64,000 nt of DNA from positions 46,197 through 110,196 of the forward strand of contig CAVUUY010000011.1 of assembly GCA_963744915.1 (NCBI GenBank), read 5' to 3'. The notes under the pieces are model-generated. The model saw only the letters and a program-made list of their open reading frames with translations, did no database searches and was not told the origin of the DNA. The position numbers were made by a program, and so were the translations under genes. This document shows, piece by piece, positions 31,767-40,414 of the stretch (position 1 is the stretch's first letter; the number at the start of each line of letters is the position of its first letter). This stretch comes from an uncultured Alphaproteobacteria bacterium. Its GTDB lineage: Bacteria; Pseudomonadota; Alphaproteobacteria; Rhizobiales; Aestuariivirgaceae.

Positions 31767-31939
31767 GGTGGAAAATTCCTTCCACAGTCCACGTTTTCTG
31801 CGAAATTGTTGCGCCCCGGTTCGCGCAATTGCAAGCGCAAAAGGACCCCATGCTTGACCAAGTCGGACCAAAGGAAGCGGGTTATTGAACTCCTGTCGCC
31901 CGCAGCCGATATTGGCGGCATCATCCAAGGAGGACGAAG
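31767..31939. promoter_or_regulatory. divergent phaR / phaAB control region with TTGCGC/GCGCAA inverted repeats
   Basis: TTGCGC (31809-31814), GCGCAA (31823-31828) and GCGCAA (31835-31840) surround a GCAATTGC palindrome. AGGAGG lies 6 nt upstream of the phaA ATG. The operator assignment is speculative. Confidence 0.25.
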
Positions 31940-33127
31940 ATGTCGGTTGCTGACAAATCGGTCGCTATCGTTGCCGCGGTGCGCACCCCCGTCGGTTCTT
32001 TCAACGGTGCGCTGTCGTCCTTGGCGGCATCGGCGCTCGGCACGGTGGCGCTGCGGGCGGCAATCGAACGGGCCAAGCTCGATCCGACGGAGGTCGAGGA
32101 AGTCATCCTCGGCCAGATCCTGACCGCCGGGGCCGGCCAGAACCCGGCCCGGCAGGCTTCGATCGGAGCCGGGATCCCGGTGGAGAGCCCGGCCTGGGGG
32201 GTGAACCAGCTCTGCGGCTCTGGGTTGCGGGCGGTTGCGCTCGGCCTGCAGCAGATCACCAGCGGCGATGCCAAGATCGTGGCGGCGGGCGGCCAGGAGT
32301 TGATGAGCCAGGCGCCGCACTGCGCGCATCTGCGCGACGGCGTCAAGATGGGCGACTACAAGCTCATCGACACGATGATCAAGGACGGGCTGTGGGACGC
32401 CTTCAACGGCTATCATATGGGCAACACTGCCGAGAATGTCGCCAAGCAGTGGCAGATCACCCGCGAGGAGCAGGACAGTTTCGCTGTCAGGTCGCAGAAC
32501 AAGGCCGAGGCGGCGCAGGTAGGCGGCAAGTTCAAGGACGAGATCGTCCCGGTCACCATAGAGACGCGCAAGGGCAAATTGGTGGTGAGCGACGATGAAT
32601 ACATCAAGAAGGGGGTGACGCTCGATTCGGTCACGAAGCTAAGGCCGGCTTTCGACAAGGACGGTTCGGTGACCGCGGCCAATGCCTCGGGGATCAACGA
32701 CGGCGCGGCGGTGGTGATCCTGATGCCGGAGACGGAGGCGTCGCGTCGCGGCCTCAAGCCGCTGGCCCGGATCGTCTCCTGGGCCCATGCCGGGGTCGAT
32801 CCGGCGATCATGGGCACCGGTCCGATCCCGGCGTCGCGGCTGGCGCTGAAGCGGGCCGGCTGGAAGGCCGAGGATCTCGACCTCATCGAGGCCAACGAGG
32901 CTTTCGCCGCCCAGGCCTGCGCCGTCAATCGCGAGCTCGGCTTCGATACCGATATCGTCAACGTCAATGGCGGAGCGATCGCCATCGGCCATCCGATCGG
33001 TGCATCGGGCGGCCGGGTGCTGGTGACGCTGCTCCACGAGATGGCCAGGCGCAAGGCTCGTAAGGGCCTGGCGACGCTGTGCATCGGCGGCGGCATGGGC
33101 ATTGCCATGTGCGTCGAGCGCCACTGA
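31940..33127 (+). CDS. phaA: acetyl-CoA acetyltransferase (beta-ketothiolase)
   Basis: 395 aa with VNQLCGSGLRAV (active-site Cys), NVNGGAIAIGHPIGASG and CIGGGMG. Confidence 0.9.
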   Translation: MSVADKSVAIVAAVRTPVGSFNGALSSLAASALGTVALRAAIERAKLDPTEVEEVILGQILTAGAGQNPARQASIGAGIPVESPAWGVNQLCGSGLRAVALGLQQITSGDAKIVAAGGQELMSQAPHCAHLRDGVKMGDYKLIDTMIKDGLWDAFNGYHMGNTAENVAKQWQITREEQDSFAVRSQNKAEAAQVGGKFKDEIVPVTIETRKGKLVVSDDEYIKKGVTLDSVTKLRPAFDKDGSVTAANASGINDGAAVVILMPETEASRRGLKPLARIVSWAHAGVDPAIMGTGPIPASRLALKRAGWKAEDLDLIEANEAFAAQACAVNRELGFDTDIVNVNGGAIAIGHPIGASGGRVLVTLLHEMARRKARKGLATLCIGGGMGIAMCVERH

Positions 33128-33143
33128 GCGGAAGGAGGCTGGC

Positions 33144-33869
33144 ATGGCCCGGCTTGCGATTGTTACGGGGGGGACCCGCGGTATCGGTGCGGCAATTTCC
33201 AGGGCGCTCAAGGCCGAAGGCCACAAGGTGATCGCCAATTATGCCGGCAATGACGAGGCGGCGCGGCGGTTCGGCCAGGAGACCGGGATCGCCACCATGA
33301 AATGGGACGTCTCGAGCTACGAAGCCTGCGACGGCCAGCTCGCGGCGATCGCCAAGGAGCACGGGCCGGTCGAGATCCTGGTCAACAATGCCGGGATCAC
33401 CCGCGATGCCATGTTCCACAAGATGACGCCGCAGCAATGGAACGAGGTCATCAACACCAATCTCACCGCGCTGTTCAACATGACCCGGCCGGTGTGGGAG
33501 GGGATGCGGGCGCAGGGCTTTGGCCGGATCATCTGCATCTCCTCGATCAACGGCCAGAAGGGCCAGATGGGCCAGGTCAACTATTCGGCGGCCAAGGCCG
33601 GCGACGTCGGCTTCGTCAAGGCGCTGGCCCAGGAGGGGGCCGCCAAGGGCATCACCGTCAATGCCATTGCACCGGGCTATATCGGCACCGAGATGGTTCG
33701 CGCGATCGCCCCCGAGGTGCTGGAGAAACGGATCCTGCCGTTGATCCCGGTCGGGCGGCTCGGCGAGCCCGAGGAGGTGGCGCGCTGCGTGGTGTTCCTC
33801 GCCTCCGATGCCGCCGGGTTCATCACCGGTTCGACCCTGACGGTGAATGGCGGGCAGCATATGGCGTGA
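33144..33869 (+). CDS. phaB: acetoacetyl-CoA reductase
   Basis: ATG at 33144 gives MARLAIVTGGTRGIGAAIS. The SDR catalytic motif is YSAAKAG. The 241-aa product follows phaA. Confidence 0.9.
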   Translation: MARLAIVTGGTRGIGAAISRALKAEGHKVIANYAGNDEAARRFGQETGIATMKWDVSSYEACDGQLAAIAKEHGPVEILVNNAGITRDAMFHKMTPQQWNEVINTNLTALFNMTRPVWEGMRAQGFGRIICISSINGQKGQMGQVNYSAAKAGDVGFVKALAQEGAAKGITVNAIAPGYIGTEMVRAIAPEVLEKRILPLIPVGRLGEPEEVARCVVFLASDAAGFITGSTLTVNGGQHMA

Positions 33870-33882
33870 TGCTCCCTACTTC

Positions 33883-35106
33883 CTACTCATTGCGGAACCC
33901 CTCCATCGCGAACGCGACGCATTCCGAGCTTGCCGTTTCGCTGGCGTGTTTTTCGCCATGCTGCCGGCTGAGGGCTTCGAAAACCCAGTCAGCCGGACGG
34001 CCAAGGATTCGTTCCTGGATCGTTACCTTGGGGGGCGATTCCGCGTTTACCTCGTAATAGACATCGGAAAACACCATCAGGATTTCTGCGATCTTGCGTG
34101 TTCTTTCAATGCCTGGATGGCTGTCCAAAATTGGATCAACGCTCGATCGGTCCGACTGATGCTGGAGCGTCGCAGCGATTTCGCGTATTGCTCGGACGTC
34201 CTGAGGATGGACTTTTGCTAGTTTCAGACTGTCAAAGAAGGCGTGGCGAATCCCTCGCTTGCCATGCTTATCGTAACCTTCCAGCAAATTGCCTATCAGC
34301 TCGAACAATGGGATCTGATTCTTCCCCGCCAGCCGTTCGACAAGGGCATTGCTTGCGGGCTCCAAATCCATCGAGGCGGCCAGCATTTCTTCGTAGGGAA
34401 GCATCCTGTTCAAATAATTGAACTGACTGACGTCCTTCCCTTGGCTTGCAGCCAATTCCTCAATTCTCCTGCGCACTCTGATGCGCTGGCGAATGTAGTC
34501 GTCACTGCCCCTGATCCAGGATCTTAGAGCTCGGCTGAGATAACCCTTTTGCCTCAGGCGACGATTGGTCTCCCGAAACATGCAGTCGAGCAAGGTCTTG
34601 GAGTTCGCTGCCTCGTCCGACGACTTGAAAACGACATCATACACGAATGCGATATTGTCTCTCAGACGCTCAAGCTGGCCGGCATGCAGGAGGCTCATCG
34701 CATCAACCAAGGCTTGGATCTGGTTCTGTTCAGATGCAATCTGTTGATAAAAGGTCTTCAACGCAGCACGGCAGCACTCGGGATCGAGTTGTCGTTGCCG
34801 GCTGAGCGCGCGGACGCACTTTTTGGCAGCGATCATGCGCTCGATTTCTTCTGCCATCATCCGCCTGGGGATGACTTCGTCCTTGAGCTCGCGGATCCTG
34901 ACGCTCGCCATGTTGATGTCATGTCTGTTGCGGAAGCCAAGCCATTCCTGCCTGAGGCCCTGAACCGCCATTTTCATCCAATGTCGCGAGGGCGCGTCTT
35001 TGCCCTGGGCGTCCCAATCCAATGGCTGCCACAGGCGTGTGATAAGAGGCATTGATCGTGTCGCTTTCTTTGAGCGCATCGAAACATAAACCAAGCGACC
35101 GGGCAC
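33883..35106 (-). CDS. hypothetical protein, no recognisable domain (low-GC orphan)
   Basis: An uninterrupted 1224-nt ORF in a segment of about 45-53% G+C, where long ORFs do not arise by chance. The product is helical and Arg/Glu-rich, with no TM helix or signal peptide. The start is uncertain: GTG 35106, ATG 35079 or ATG 35052. Confidence 0.6.
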   Translation of the reverse strand: MPGRLVYVSMRSKKATRSMPLITRLWQPLDWDAQGKDAPSRHWMKMAVQGLRQEWLGFRNRHDINMASVRIRELKDEVIPRRMMAEEIERMIAAKKCVRALSRQRQLDPECCRAALKTFYQQIASEQNQIQALVDAMSLLHAGQLERLRDNIAFVYDVVFKSSDEAANSKTLLDCMFRETNRRLRQKGYLSRALRSWIRGSDDYIRQRIRVRRRIEELAASQGKDVSQFNYLNRMLPYEEMLAASMDLEPASNALVERLAGKNQIPLFELIGNLLEGYDKHGKRGIRHAFFDSLKLAKVHPQDVRAIREIAATLQHQSDRSSVDPILDSHPGIERTRKIAEILMVFSDVYYEVNAESPPKVTIQERILGRPADWVFEALSRQHGEKHASETASSECVAFAMEGFRNE

Positions 35107-35316
35107 GATGTGCTATTTGGCACACCTGTCATTGCCCTGCGACAAACTGGTGCAGTCCATTGATCCTCCACCCACGTTCAACCGCAGATCCTGAATACGT
35201 GCCGGAGCTGGCGCTGTTCGACGACGTGGCCAGCACGAGCTTCGGGAGCCGGGCTACGCAATCGAAGACGATTCTGATCAGCAGCCCTTTTTATATGACG
35301 GTTCGCGATTATGAGA

Positions 35317-35344
35317 CTATTGCCTATTGCCTATTGCCTGTCGC
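35317..35344. repeat. heptamer array (CTATTGC)3 plus one degenerate unit
   Basis: ctattgc ctattgc ctattgc ctgtcgc lies 10 nt downstream of the gloB stop, at the right edge of the low-GC segment. Confidence 0.8.
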
Positions 35345-35353
35345 TCCGCCGCC

Positions 35354-36124
35354 TCAAAAGGCATCCTTGCGGCGGCGCAGCGCGGCAAACACCTCGGCGT
35401 CGGATTTATCGGCAAGGCCGAGCCGGGCCCGGATCGCGCTGTCCTCGGGCCTGAGAAACGGATTGGCCTGCCGTTCGCCGGCGATGGTGACGGGAAGCGT
35501 CGGGCGGCCGGCCTCGACCTCGGCGGCAGCCTCCGCGGCGCGGGCCTTGAGGTTGGGATTGTCGGGATCGACCGACAGCGCGAAACGGGCGTTGGCCAGC
35601 GTGTATTCATGGCCGCAATAGACGCGGGTGTCGGGTGGGAGATCGCGCAGCCGGGCAAGCGAGCGCCACATCTCGTCCATGCTCCCCTCGATCACGCGGC
35701 CGCAGCCGAGCGAGAACAGGGTGTCGCCGGCGAATACCAGCTGGTCCTGTGCAAAGTGCCAGGCGATATGACCCCTGGTGTGCCCCGGCGTATCGATGAT
35801 TTCCGCGCGGTGGCCGGCAAAGTCGTAGGTCTGGCCCGGCTCGACGGTCTCGTCGACCGCAGGGATGCGGCGGGCATCGGCCCGGTTGGCGACCACCTTG
35901 GCGCCATGGCGGGCCTTGAGCGCCGGGATGGCGGCGACATGGTCGTCATGATGATGGGTGACGAGAATATGGGTTAATTTCCACCCGGTCTCCCGCAGCG
36001 CCTGCTCGATCGGGCCGTCCTCCGGCGCATCGATGGCGGCGCAGGCCGGGGAGCCCCGGTCGCGCAGCAAAACGCCAAAATTGTCCTTGCGGCAGAGGAA
36101 TTGATGTATGTCGAGCGCTGGCAT
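35354..36124 (-). CDS. gloB: hydroxyacylglutathione hydrolase (glyoxalase II)
   Basis: 256 aa with the metallo-beta-lactamase motif VTHHHDDHV, plus TPGHTRGHI and CGHEYT. Confidence 0.9.
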   Translation of the reverse strand: MPALDIHQFLCRKDNFGVLLRDRGSPACAAIDAPEDGPIEQALRETGWKLTHILVTHHHDDHVAAIPALKARHGAKVVANRADARRIPAVDETVEPGQTYDFAGHRAEIIDTPGHTRGHIAWHFAQDQLVFAGDTLFSLGCGRVIEGSMDEMWRSLARLRDLPPDTRVYCGHEYTLANARFALSVDPDNPNLKARAAEAAAEVEAGRPTLPVTIAGERQANPFLRPEDSAIRARLGLADKSDAEVFAALRRRKDAF

Positions 36125-36196
36125 GGGGCTTCCTTATCGCTTGTTTGGACGACTGTGATAGCTTCCAGGCAAAGCTAGGCAAATACTCGAATTCCG

Positions 36197-36944
36197 ATGT
36201 TGGATGTAGTCGATCTCCGGGAATTCTACGCAAGCCCCCTTGGGCAGATGACGCGGCGCATGCTGTCGCATCGCATCCGCTCGCGCTTCCGCGCCGGTCA
36301 GGGCGCGCGGGTGCTCGGGGTCGGCTATGCCATTCCCTATCTCGAGCCATGGCGGGCCGAAGCCGAGCGGGTGTTCGCCTTCATGCCGGCGCGGCAGGGG
36401 GTGGTGCACTGGCCGCAATCCGGCCTCAATGACGCAGCCCTGGTCGAGGAGGCCGACCTGCCGCTTCCCGATGCCTCGGTCGACCTGGCGCTGGTGGTGC
36501 ACGGGCTGGAACTGACCGACCAGCTGCCGGACCTGCTGCGCGAGCTGTGGCGGGTGCTGGCGCCGCAGGGCCGCGCCCTTCTGGTGGTGCCCAACCGGCG
36601 CGGCATGTGGGCGCGGTTCGAACTCGACGCCGTTCGGCCATGGCCGGCCGTTCTCGCGCGGCCAGCTCACCGACCTGCTGCGCGACGCCGCGTTCTCGCC
36701 CACCGGGTGGGCCTATGCGCTGTTTGCGCCGCCGATCGGCCGCAGCTTCCTGATCCGCTCGGCACCGGCTCTGGAACGGTTCGGCATGTGGATCTCGCCC
36801 GGCTTTGCCGGCCTGATCGTGGTCGAGGCGGTGAAGCAGGTCTATGCCATCTCGCGCGGCAAGCGGGCCAAGCGGCTGATGCCGGTGATCAAGCCGCGGC
36901 TCATTCCGGTGCCGTCGCTTCGGCGCAGCCGTCAGCAACACTGA
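36197..36944 (+). pseudogene. class I SAM-dependent methyltransferase, interrupted by a 1-nt insertion near 36621-36622 (probably an assembly artefact)
   Basis: The N-terminal 141 aa are in frame 1 (VLGVGYAIPYL, LVVHGLE, LAPQGRALLVVPNRRGMWARF). The conserved continuation TPFGHGRPFSRGQLTDLLRDAAFSPTGWAYALFAPPIG...RRSRQQH* is in the +1 frame and ends at 36944. Total length is 748 nt (1 mod 3). Confidence 0.75.
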
Positions 36945-36953
36945 GGGACCGCC

Positions 36954-37754
36954 ATGGCCGAGCCCCGTCCGCCGCTGCGCACGCTCGAAGACGCCCGCCA
37001 GGAAATCGACGACATCGATCTGCGGATCCTCAGCCTTCTCGAGCAGCGCTTCAATGCCAGCCGGCTGATCCGGCACATCAAGGCCCGGGAGCCCGGCAAC
37101 GGCACCGTCTCGCCGGTGCGGCCGGCGCGTGAATCGGCCATCCTGCGCCGGCTGCTCGAGCGGGCGAGCGGATCGGTGCCGCCGGCGGTGGTGGTGCAGA
37201 TCTGGCGCCGCATCATCTCGGCCTCGACCTTGCTGCAGGCGCCCGCCGTCGTGCGCTGCCCGCAGGCGCTGTTCGCCGATCCGGAGATGCGCTCGCAGAT
37301 GCGCGACCATTTCGGGACCATCCCGGTTACCGCCGTGCCGGACGAGGAATTGGCCGTCCGGGCGGTGCGCGACCGGCCGGCGGAGGTCGCCGTGGTGCCG
37401 ATCGGCGGCTATTGGGTGCAGCCGTTTCTCGACAGGCTGGGCGGCGATGCCGCGGTGATCGGGGTGCTGCCTTCGCTGTCCGACGGCAGCCCGCCGACCG
37501 CGGCGGTGATCGGCCATGCGCCGGCCGAGCGGACCGGGGCGGACGAGACGCTGGTCGCCACCTCCGGCCGGCTGCCGCGCGATTTCGTGCCGGCGCCGCT
37601 GTGGGACGTTCAGAGCGAGGACGGGCACCGGCTGACCAGCCTGCCCGGGTTCCTGTCCGAGTCCGAGCATCCGCTGATCGGCCTCCGGCGCAGCAACGAC
37701 CTGCTTGCGTTGACGGTCGTCGGCCGCTATCCGAGCCCGCTCGAGGTGAGGTGA
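36954..37754 (+). CDS. chorismate mutase (AroQ-type N-terminal domain) family protein
   Basis: [33 protein letters not shown] is the AroQ helix-1 pattern. The 266-aa gene lies upstream of hisC-tyrC, as in many Rhizobiales. Confidence 0.7.
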   Translation: MAEPRPPLRTLEDARQEIDDIDLRILSLLEQRFNASRLIRHIKAREPGNGTVSPVRPARESAILRRLLERASGSVPPAVVVQIWRRIISASTLLQAPAVVRCPQALFADPEMRSQMRDHFGTIPVTAVPDEELAVRAVRDRPAEVAVVPIGGYWVQPFLDRLGGDAAVIGVLPSLSDGSPPTAAVIGHAPAERTGADETLVATSGRLPRDFVPAPLWDVQSEDGHRLTSLPGFLSESEHPLIGLRRSNDLLALTVVGRYPSPLEVR

Positions 37755-37756
37755 TC

Positions 37757-38860
37757 ATGACGGCAGCAAAGCCCGCGCCGCGGCCGGGCATTCTCGATAT
37801 CTCCCCCTATGTGCCGGGGAAGAGCGGCGCCCGCAGCGGCGACCGCGTCTTCAAGCTGTCGTCGAACGAATCGCCGCTCGGCCCGAGCCCGGCGGCGCTC
37901 GACGCCTTCGCCGCGGCATCCCGGCACATGCACCTCTATCCCGACGGCTCGGCGGCAGCCTTGCGCCAGGCTATCGCCGAGCGCTACGGGCTCGATGCCG
38001 AGCGCATCGTGTGCGGCGCCGGCTCGGACGAGCTCATCCAGCTCCTGGCGCATGGCTATCTCGGCCCCGGCACCGAGGCGGTTCACACCGAGCACGGATT
38101 CCTGGTCTATCCGATCGCGATCAGGGCCCAGGGGGCCAAGCCGGTGGCGGCGGCGGAGCGCAGCTTCACCGCCGATGTCGAGGCCATTGTCGGGGCGGTG
38201 ACCCCGCGCACCCGCATCGTCTTCCTGGCCAACCCCAACAATCCGACCGGCACCTTTCTGCCTTCCGGCGCGGTCGAGCGCCTGCACCGGGCATTGCCGT
38301 CGAACTGTCTGCTGGTGCTCGATGCGGCCTATGCCGAATATGTCCGCCGCAGCGACTATGAGGCCGGAGCCGCCCTCGTCTCGGCGCATGACAATGTGGT
38401 GATGACGCGGACCTTCTCGAAAGCGTACGGGCTCGCCGGCCTCAGGATCGGCTGGGCCTATTGCCCGCTCGAGGTCGCTGCCGTGCTGCACCGCATCCGC
38501 GGGCCGTTCAACGTCAGCGCACCGGCTATCGCCGCCGCGATCGCTGCCCTTGCCGACGTCGCCCATCTCGACAGCGCGGCGGCCCATAATGACCGCTGGC
38601 TGCCCTGGCTTGCGCAGGAGATCGCCGCCCTCGGCCTCGCGGTCACGCCCAGCACCGGCAATTTCCTGCTCGTCCACTTTCCAGCCGACCCGCGCCGCAA
38701 TGCCGAGCAGGCCGACCGCTTCCTCACCGCCCGCGGGCTGATCCTCAGGCGCATGGAGGCCTATGGGATCCCGCAGGCCTTGCGGCTGTCGATCGGCAGC
38801 GAGGAGGCGAACCGGCTGGTGGTCGAGGCGCTCGCTGCCTTCTGCCGGGAGCCGTCATGA
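37757..38860 (+). CDS. hisC: histidinol-phosphate aminotransferase
   Basis: ATG at 37757 gives [23 protein letters not shown]. It also has NPNNPTG and [15 protein letters not shown] (PLP lysine). Confidence 0.9.
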   Translation: MTAAKPAPRPGILDISPYVPGKSGARSGDRVFKLSSNESPLGPSPAALDAFAAASRHMHLYPDGSAAALRQAIAERYGLDAERIVCGAGSDELIQLLAHGYLGPGTEAVHTEHGFLVYPIAIRAQGAKPVAAAERSFTADVEAIVGAVTPRTRIVFLANPNNPTGTFLPSGAVERLHRALPSNCLLVLDAAYAEYVRRSDYEAGAALVSAHDNVVMTRTFSKAYGLAGLRIGWAYCPLEVAAVLHRIRGPFNVSAPAIAAAIAALADVAHLDSAAAHNDRWLPWLAQEIAALGLAVTPSTGNFLLVHFPADPRRNAEQADRFLTARGLILRRMEAYGIPQALRLSIGSEEANRLVVEALAAFCREPS

Positions 38861-39786
38861 GCGCCGCGCCAGGAAAGCCGCTGTTCGATCATGTGGCGCT
38901 GATCGGCATCGGTCTCATCGGCTCGTCGCTGGCCCATGCGCTGCGCCGCGGCGGGTTGGCCGGCACCATTTCCGGCTTCGCCAAGAGCGAGGCGACGCGC
39001 GCCACGGCGCGCCGGCTCGGCATCGTCGACAGGGTGCACGAGACGGCAGCCGAGGCAGTCAGGGGAGCCGATCTGGTGGTGCTGTGCGTGCCGCTCGGCG
39101 CCTATCGCGACATTGCGGCATCGATTGCCCAGGACCTGCAGCCGGGGGCGATCCTGACCGATGTCGGCTCGGTCAAGGGCGCGGTGGTGCGCGACGTCGG
39201 GCCGCATGTCCCCCCCGGCGTCCATTTCATCCCCGGCCACCCGATCGCCGGGACCGAGCTGTCGGGGCCCGAGGCAGGCTTTGCCGAGCTGTTCGACAAT
39301 CGCTGGTGCATCCTGACGCCGCTTCCCGGCACCGCTGCCGAGCCGGTGGAGAAGCTCGCAGCCTTGTGGCGGGCGCTCGGGTCGCATGTCGACCGGATGA
39401 CGCCCGACCATCACGACCTGGCGCTCGCCATCACCAGCCATCTGCCGCATCTCATCGCCTACAATATCGTGGTGACGGCGGCCGATCTCGAAGAGGTCAC
39501 CAATTCGGAGGTGATCAAATATTCGGCCGGCGGCTTTCGTGACTTCACCCGCATCGCCGCTTCCGATCCGATCATGTGGCGCGACGTCTTCCTCAACAAC
39601 AAGGAGGCGGTGCTGGAAATGCTCGGGCGCTTCTCGGAGGACCTGTCGGCGCTGCAGCGGGCCATTCGCTGGAGCGATGGCGAGCAGCTGCTGGCGTTGT
39701 TCACCCGGGCGCGGGAGATCCGCCGCGGCATCGTCGCCGCCGGGCAGGACACGGCGCAGCCCGATTTCGGTCGCCACAGCCGCTAA
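38857..39786 (+). CDS. tyrC: prephenate/arogenate (cyclohexadienyl) dehydrogenase
   Basis: The ATG overlaps the hisC TGA. It has [14 protein letters not shown] (Rossmann), [18 protein letters not shown] and SHLPHLIAY. Confidence 0.85.
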   Translation: MSAAPGKPLFDHVALIGIGLIGSSLAHALRRGGLAGTISGFAKSEATRATARRLGIVDRVHETAAEAVRGADLVVLCVPLGAYRDIAASIAQDLQPGAILTDVGSVKGAVVRDVGPHVPPGVHFIPGHPIAGTELSGPEAGFAELFDNRWCILTPLPGTAAEPVEKLAALWRALGSHVDRMTPDHHDLALAITSHLPHLIAYNIVVTAADLEEVTNSEVIKYSAGGFRDFTRIAASDPIMWRDVFLNNKEAVLEMLGRFSEDLSALQRAIRWSDGEQLLALFTRAREIRRGIVAAGQDTAQPDFGRHSR

Positions 39787-39792
39787 GCCCGC

Positions 39793-40338
39793 ATGGCCAA
39801 CTCCTGGGTCTTCGCTTATGGCTCGCTGATGTGGCGGCCGGACATCCCCTATGCCGAGCGGCGTCAGGCGCTGCTGCATGGCCATCACCGGCGGCTTTGC
39901 ATCTACTCCTATGTGCATCGCGGCAGCCCGGAGAAGCCCGGCCTGGTGATGGGGCTCGATCGCGGCGGGGCCTGCCGCGGCATCGCCTATCGCATCGAAG
40001 CGGCGCAGTGGCCGGCCACCCTCGCCTATCTGCGAGCCCGCGAGCAGGTCACGGCCGTCTATGTCGAAAGCGAGCGTCCGGTGCGGCTGCTCGACGGCGA
40101 CCGGCGCGTGGTGACGGCGCTGGTCTACGAGGCCGACCGGAGTCATCCCCAATATGCCGGCCGCCTCGGCTTCGAGGACCAGCTGCGCCATGTGCTGCAG
40201 GGAGTGGGGGTGTCCGGCCGCTGCGTCGACTATGTGAGCCAAACGGTCGCGCATCTCGAAGAGATGAACATCCGCGACGCCGCGCTCGAAGCGCTGGCGG
40301 TGGCAATAGGCAATAGGCAAGTAGGCAATAGGCAATAG
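39793..40338 (+). CDS. gamma-glutamylcyclotransferase (ChaC family)
   Basis: WVFAYGSLMWRP and GLVMGLDRGGACRGIAYRI match the ChaC family. The last 11 codons (AIGNRQVGNRQ*) are encoded by the heptamer array. Confidence 0.8.
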   Translation: MANSWVFAYGSLMWRPDIPYAERRQALLHGHHRRLCIYSYVHRGSPEKPGLVMGLDRGGACRGIAYRIEAAQWPATLAYLRAREQVTAVYVESERPVRLLDGDRRVVTALVYEADRSHPQYAGRLGFEDQLRHVLQGVGVSGRCVDYVSQTVAHLEEMNIRDAALEALAVAIGNRQVGNRQ

Positions 40339-40411
40339 GCAAAAGACTGCGCTGCTCCTGCTCACTACTCACTACTCACTACTTGCCTATTGCCTATTTG
40401 CCTACTTGCCC
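40302..40411. repeat. composite nested inverted heptamer arrays: (GGCAATA)~6 - spacer - (CTCACTA)3 - (TTGCCTA)~4
   Basis: 40302-40343 reads ggcaata ggcaata ggcaagt aggcaat aggcaat aggcaaa. 40361-40381 reads ctcacta x3. 40383-40411 reads ttgccta ttgccta tttgccta cttgcc, the reverse complement of the left arm. The element sits between the convergent stops at 40338 and 40415. Confidence 0.9.
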
Positions 40412-40414
40412 CTT

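Noticed and set aside
33883-35106. A HEPN-like Rx4-6H motif (RQHGEKH near the C-terminus) or RAYT-like transposase function for the orphan protein.
   Set aside because: A single short motif match is expected by chance in a 407-aa Arg/His-containing protein. There is no HUH motif or catalytic Tyr context for a RAYT. This is not enough to make a call.
33870-35345. The low-GC segment as a classical genomic island, IS element or prophage remnant.
   Set aside because: There is no integrase, transposase, tRNA target or long direct or inverted terminal repeat. Only short heptamer units lie at the edges. It is reported as an orphan insertion, not as a mobile element.
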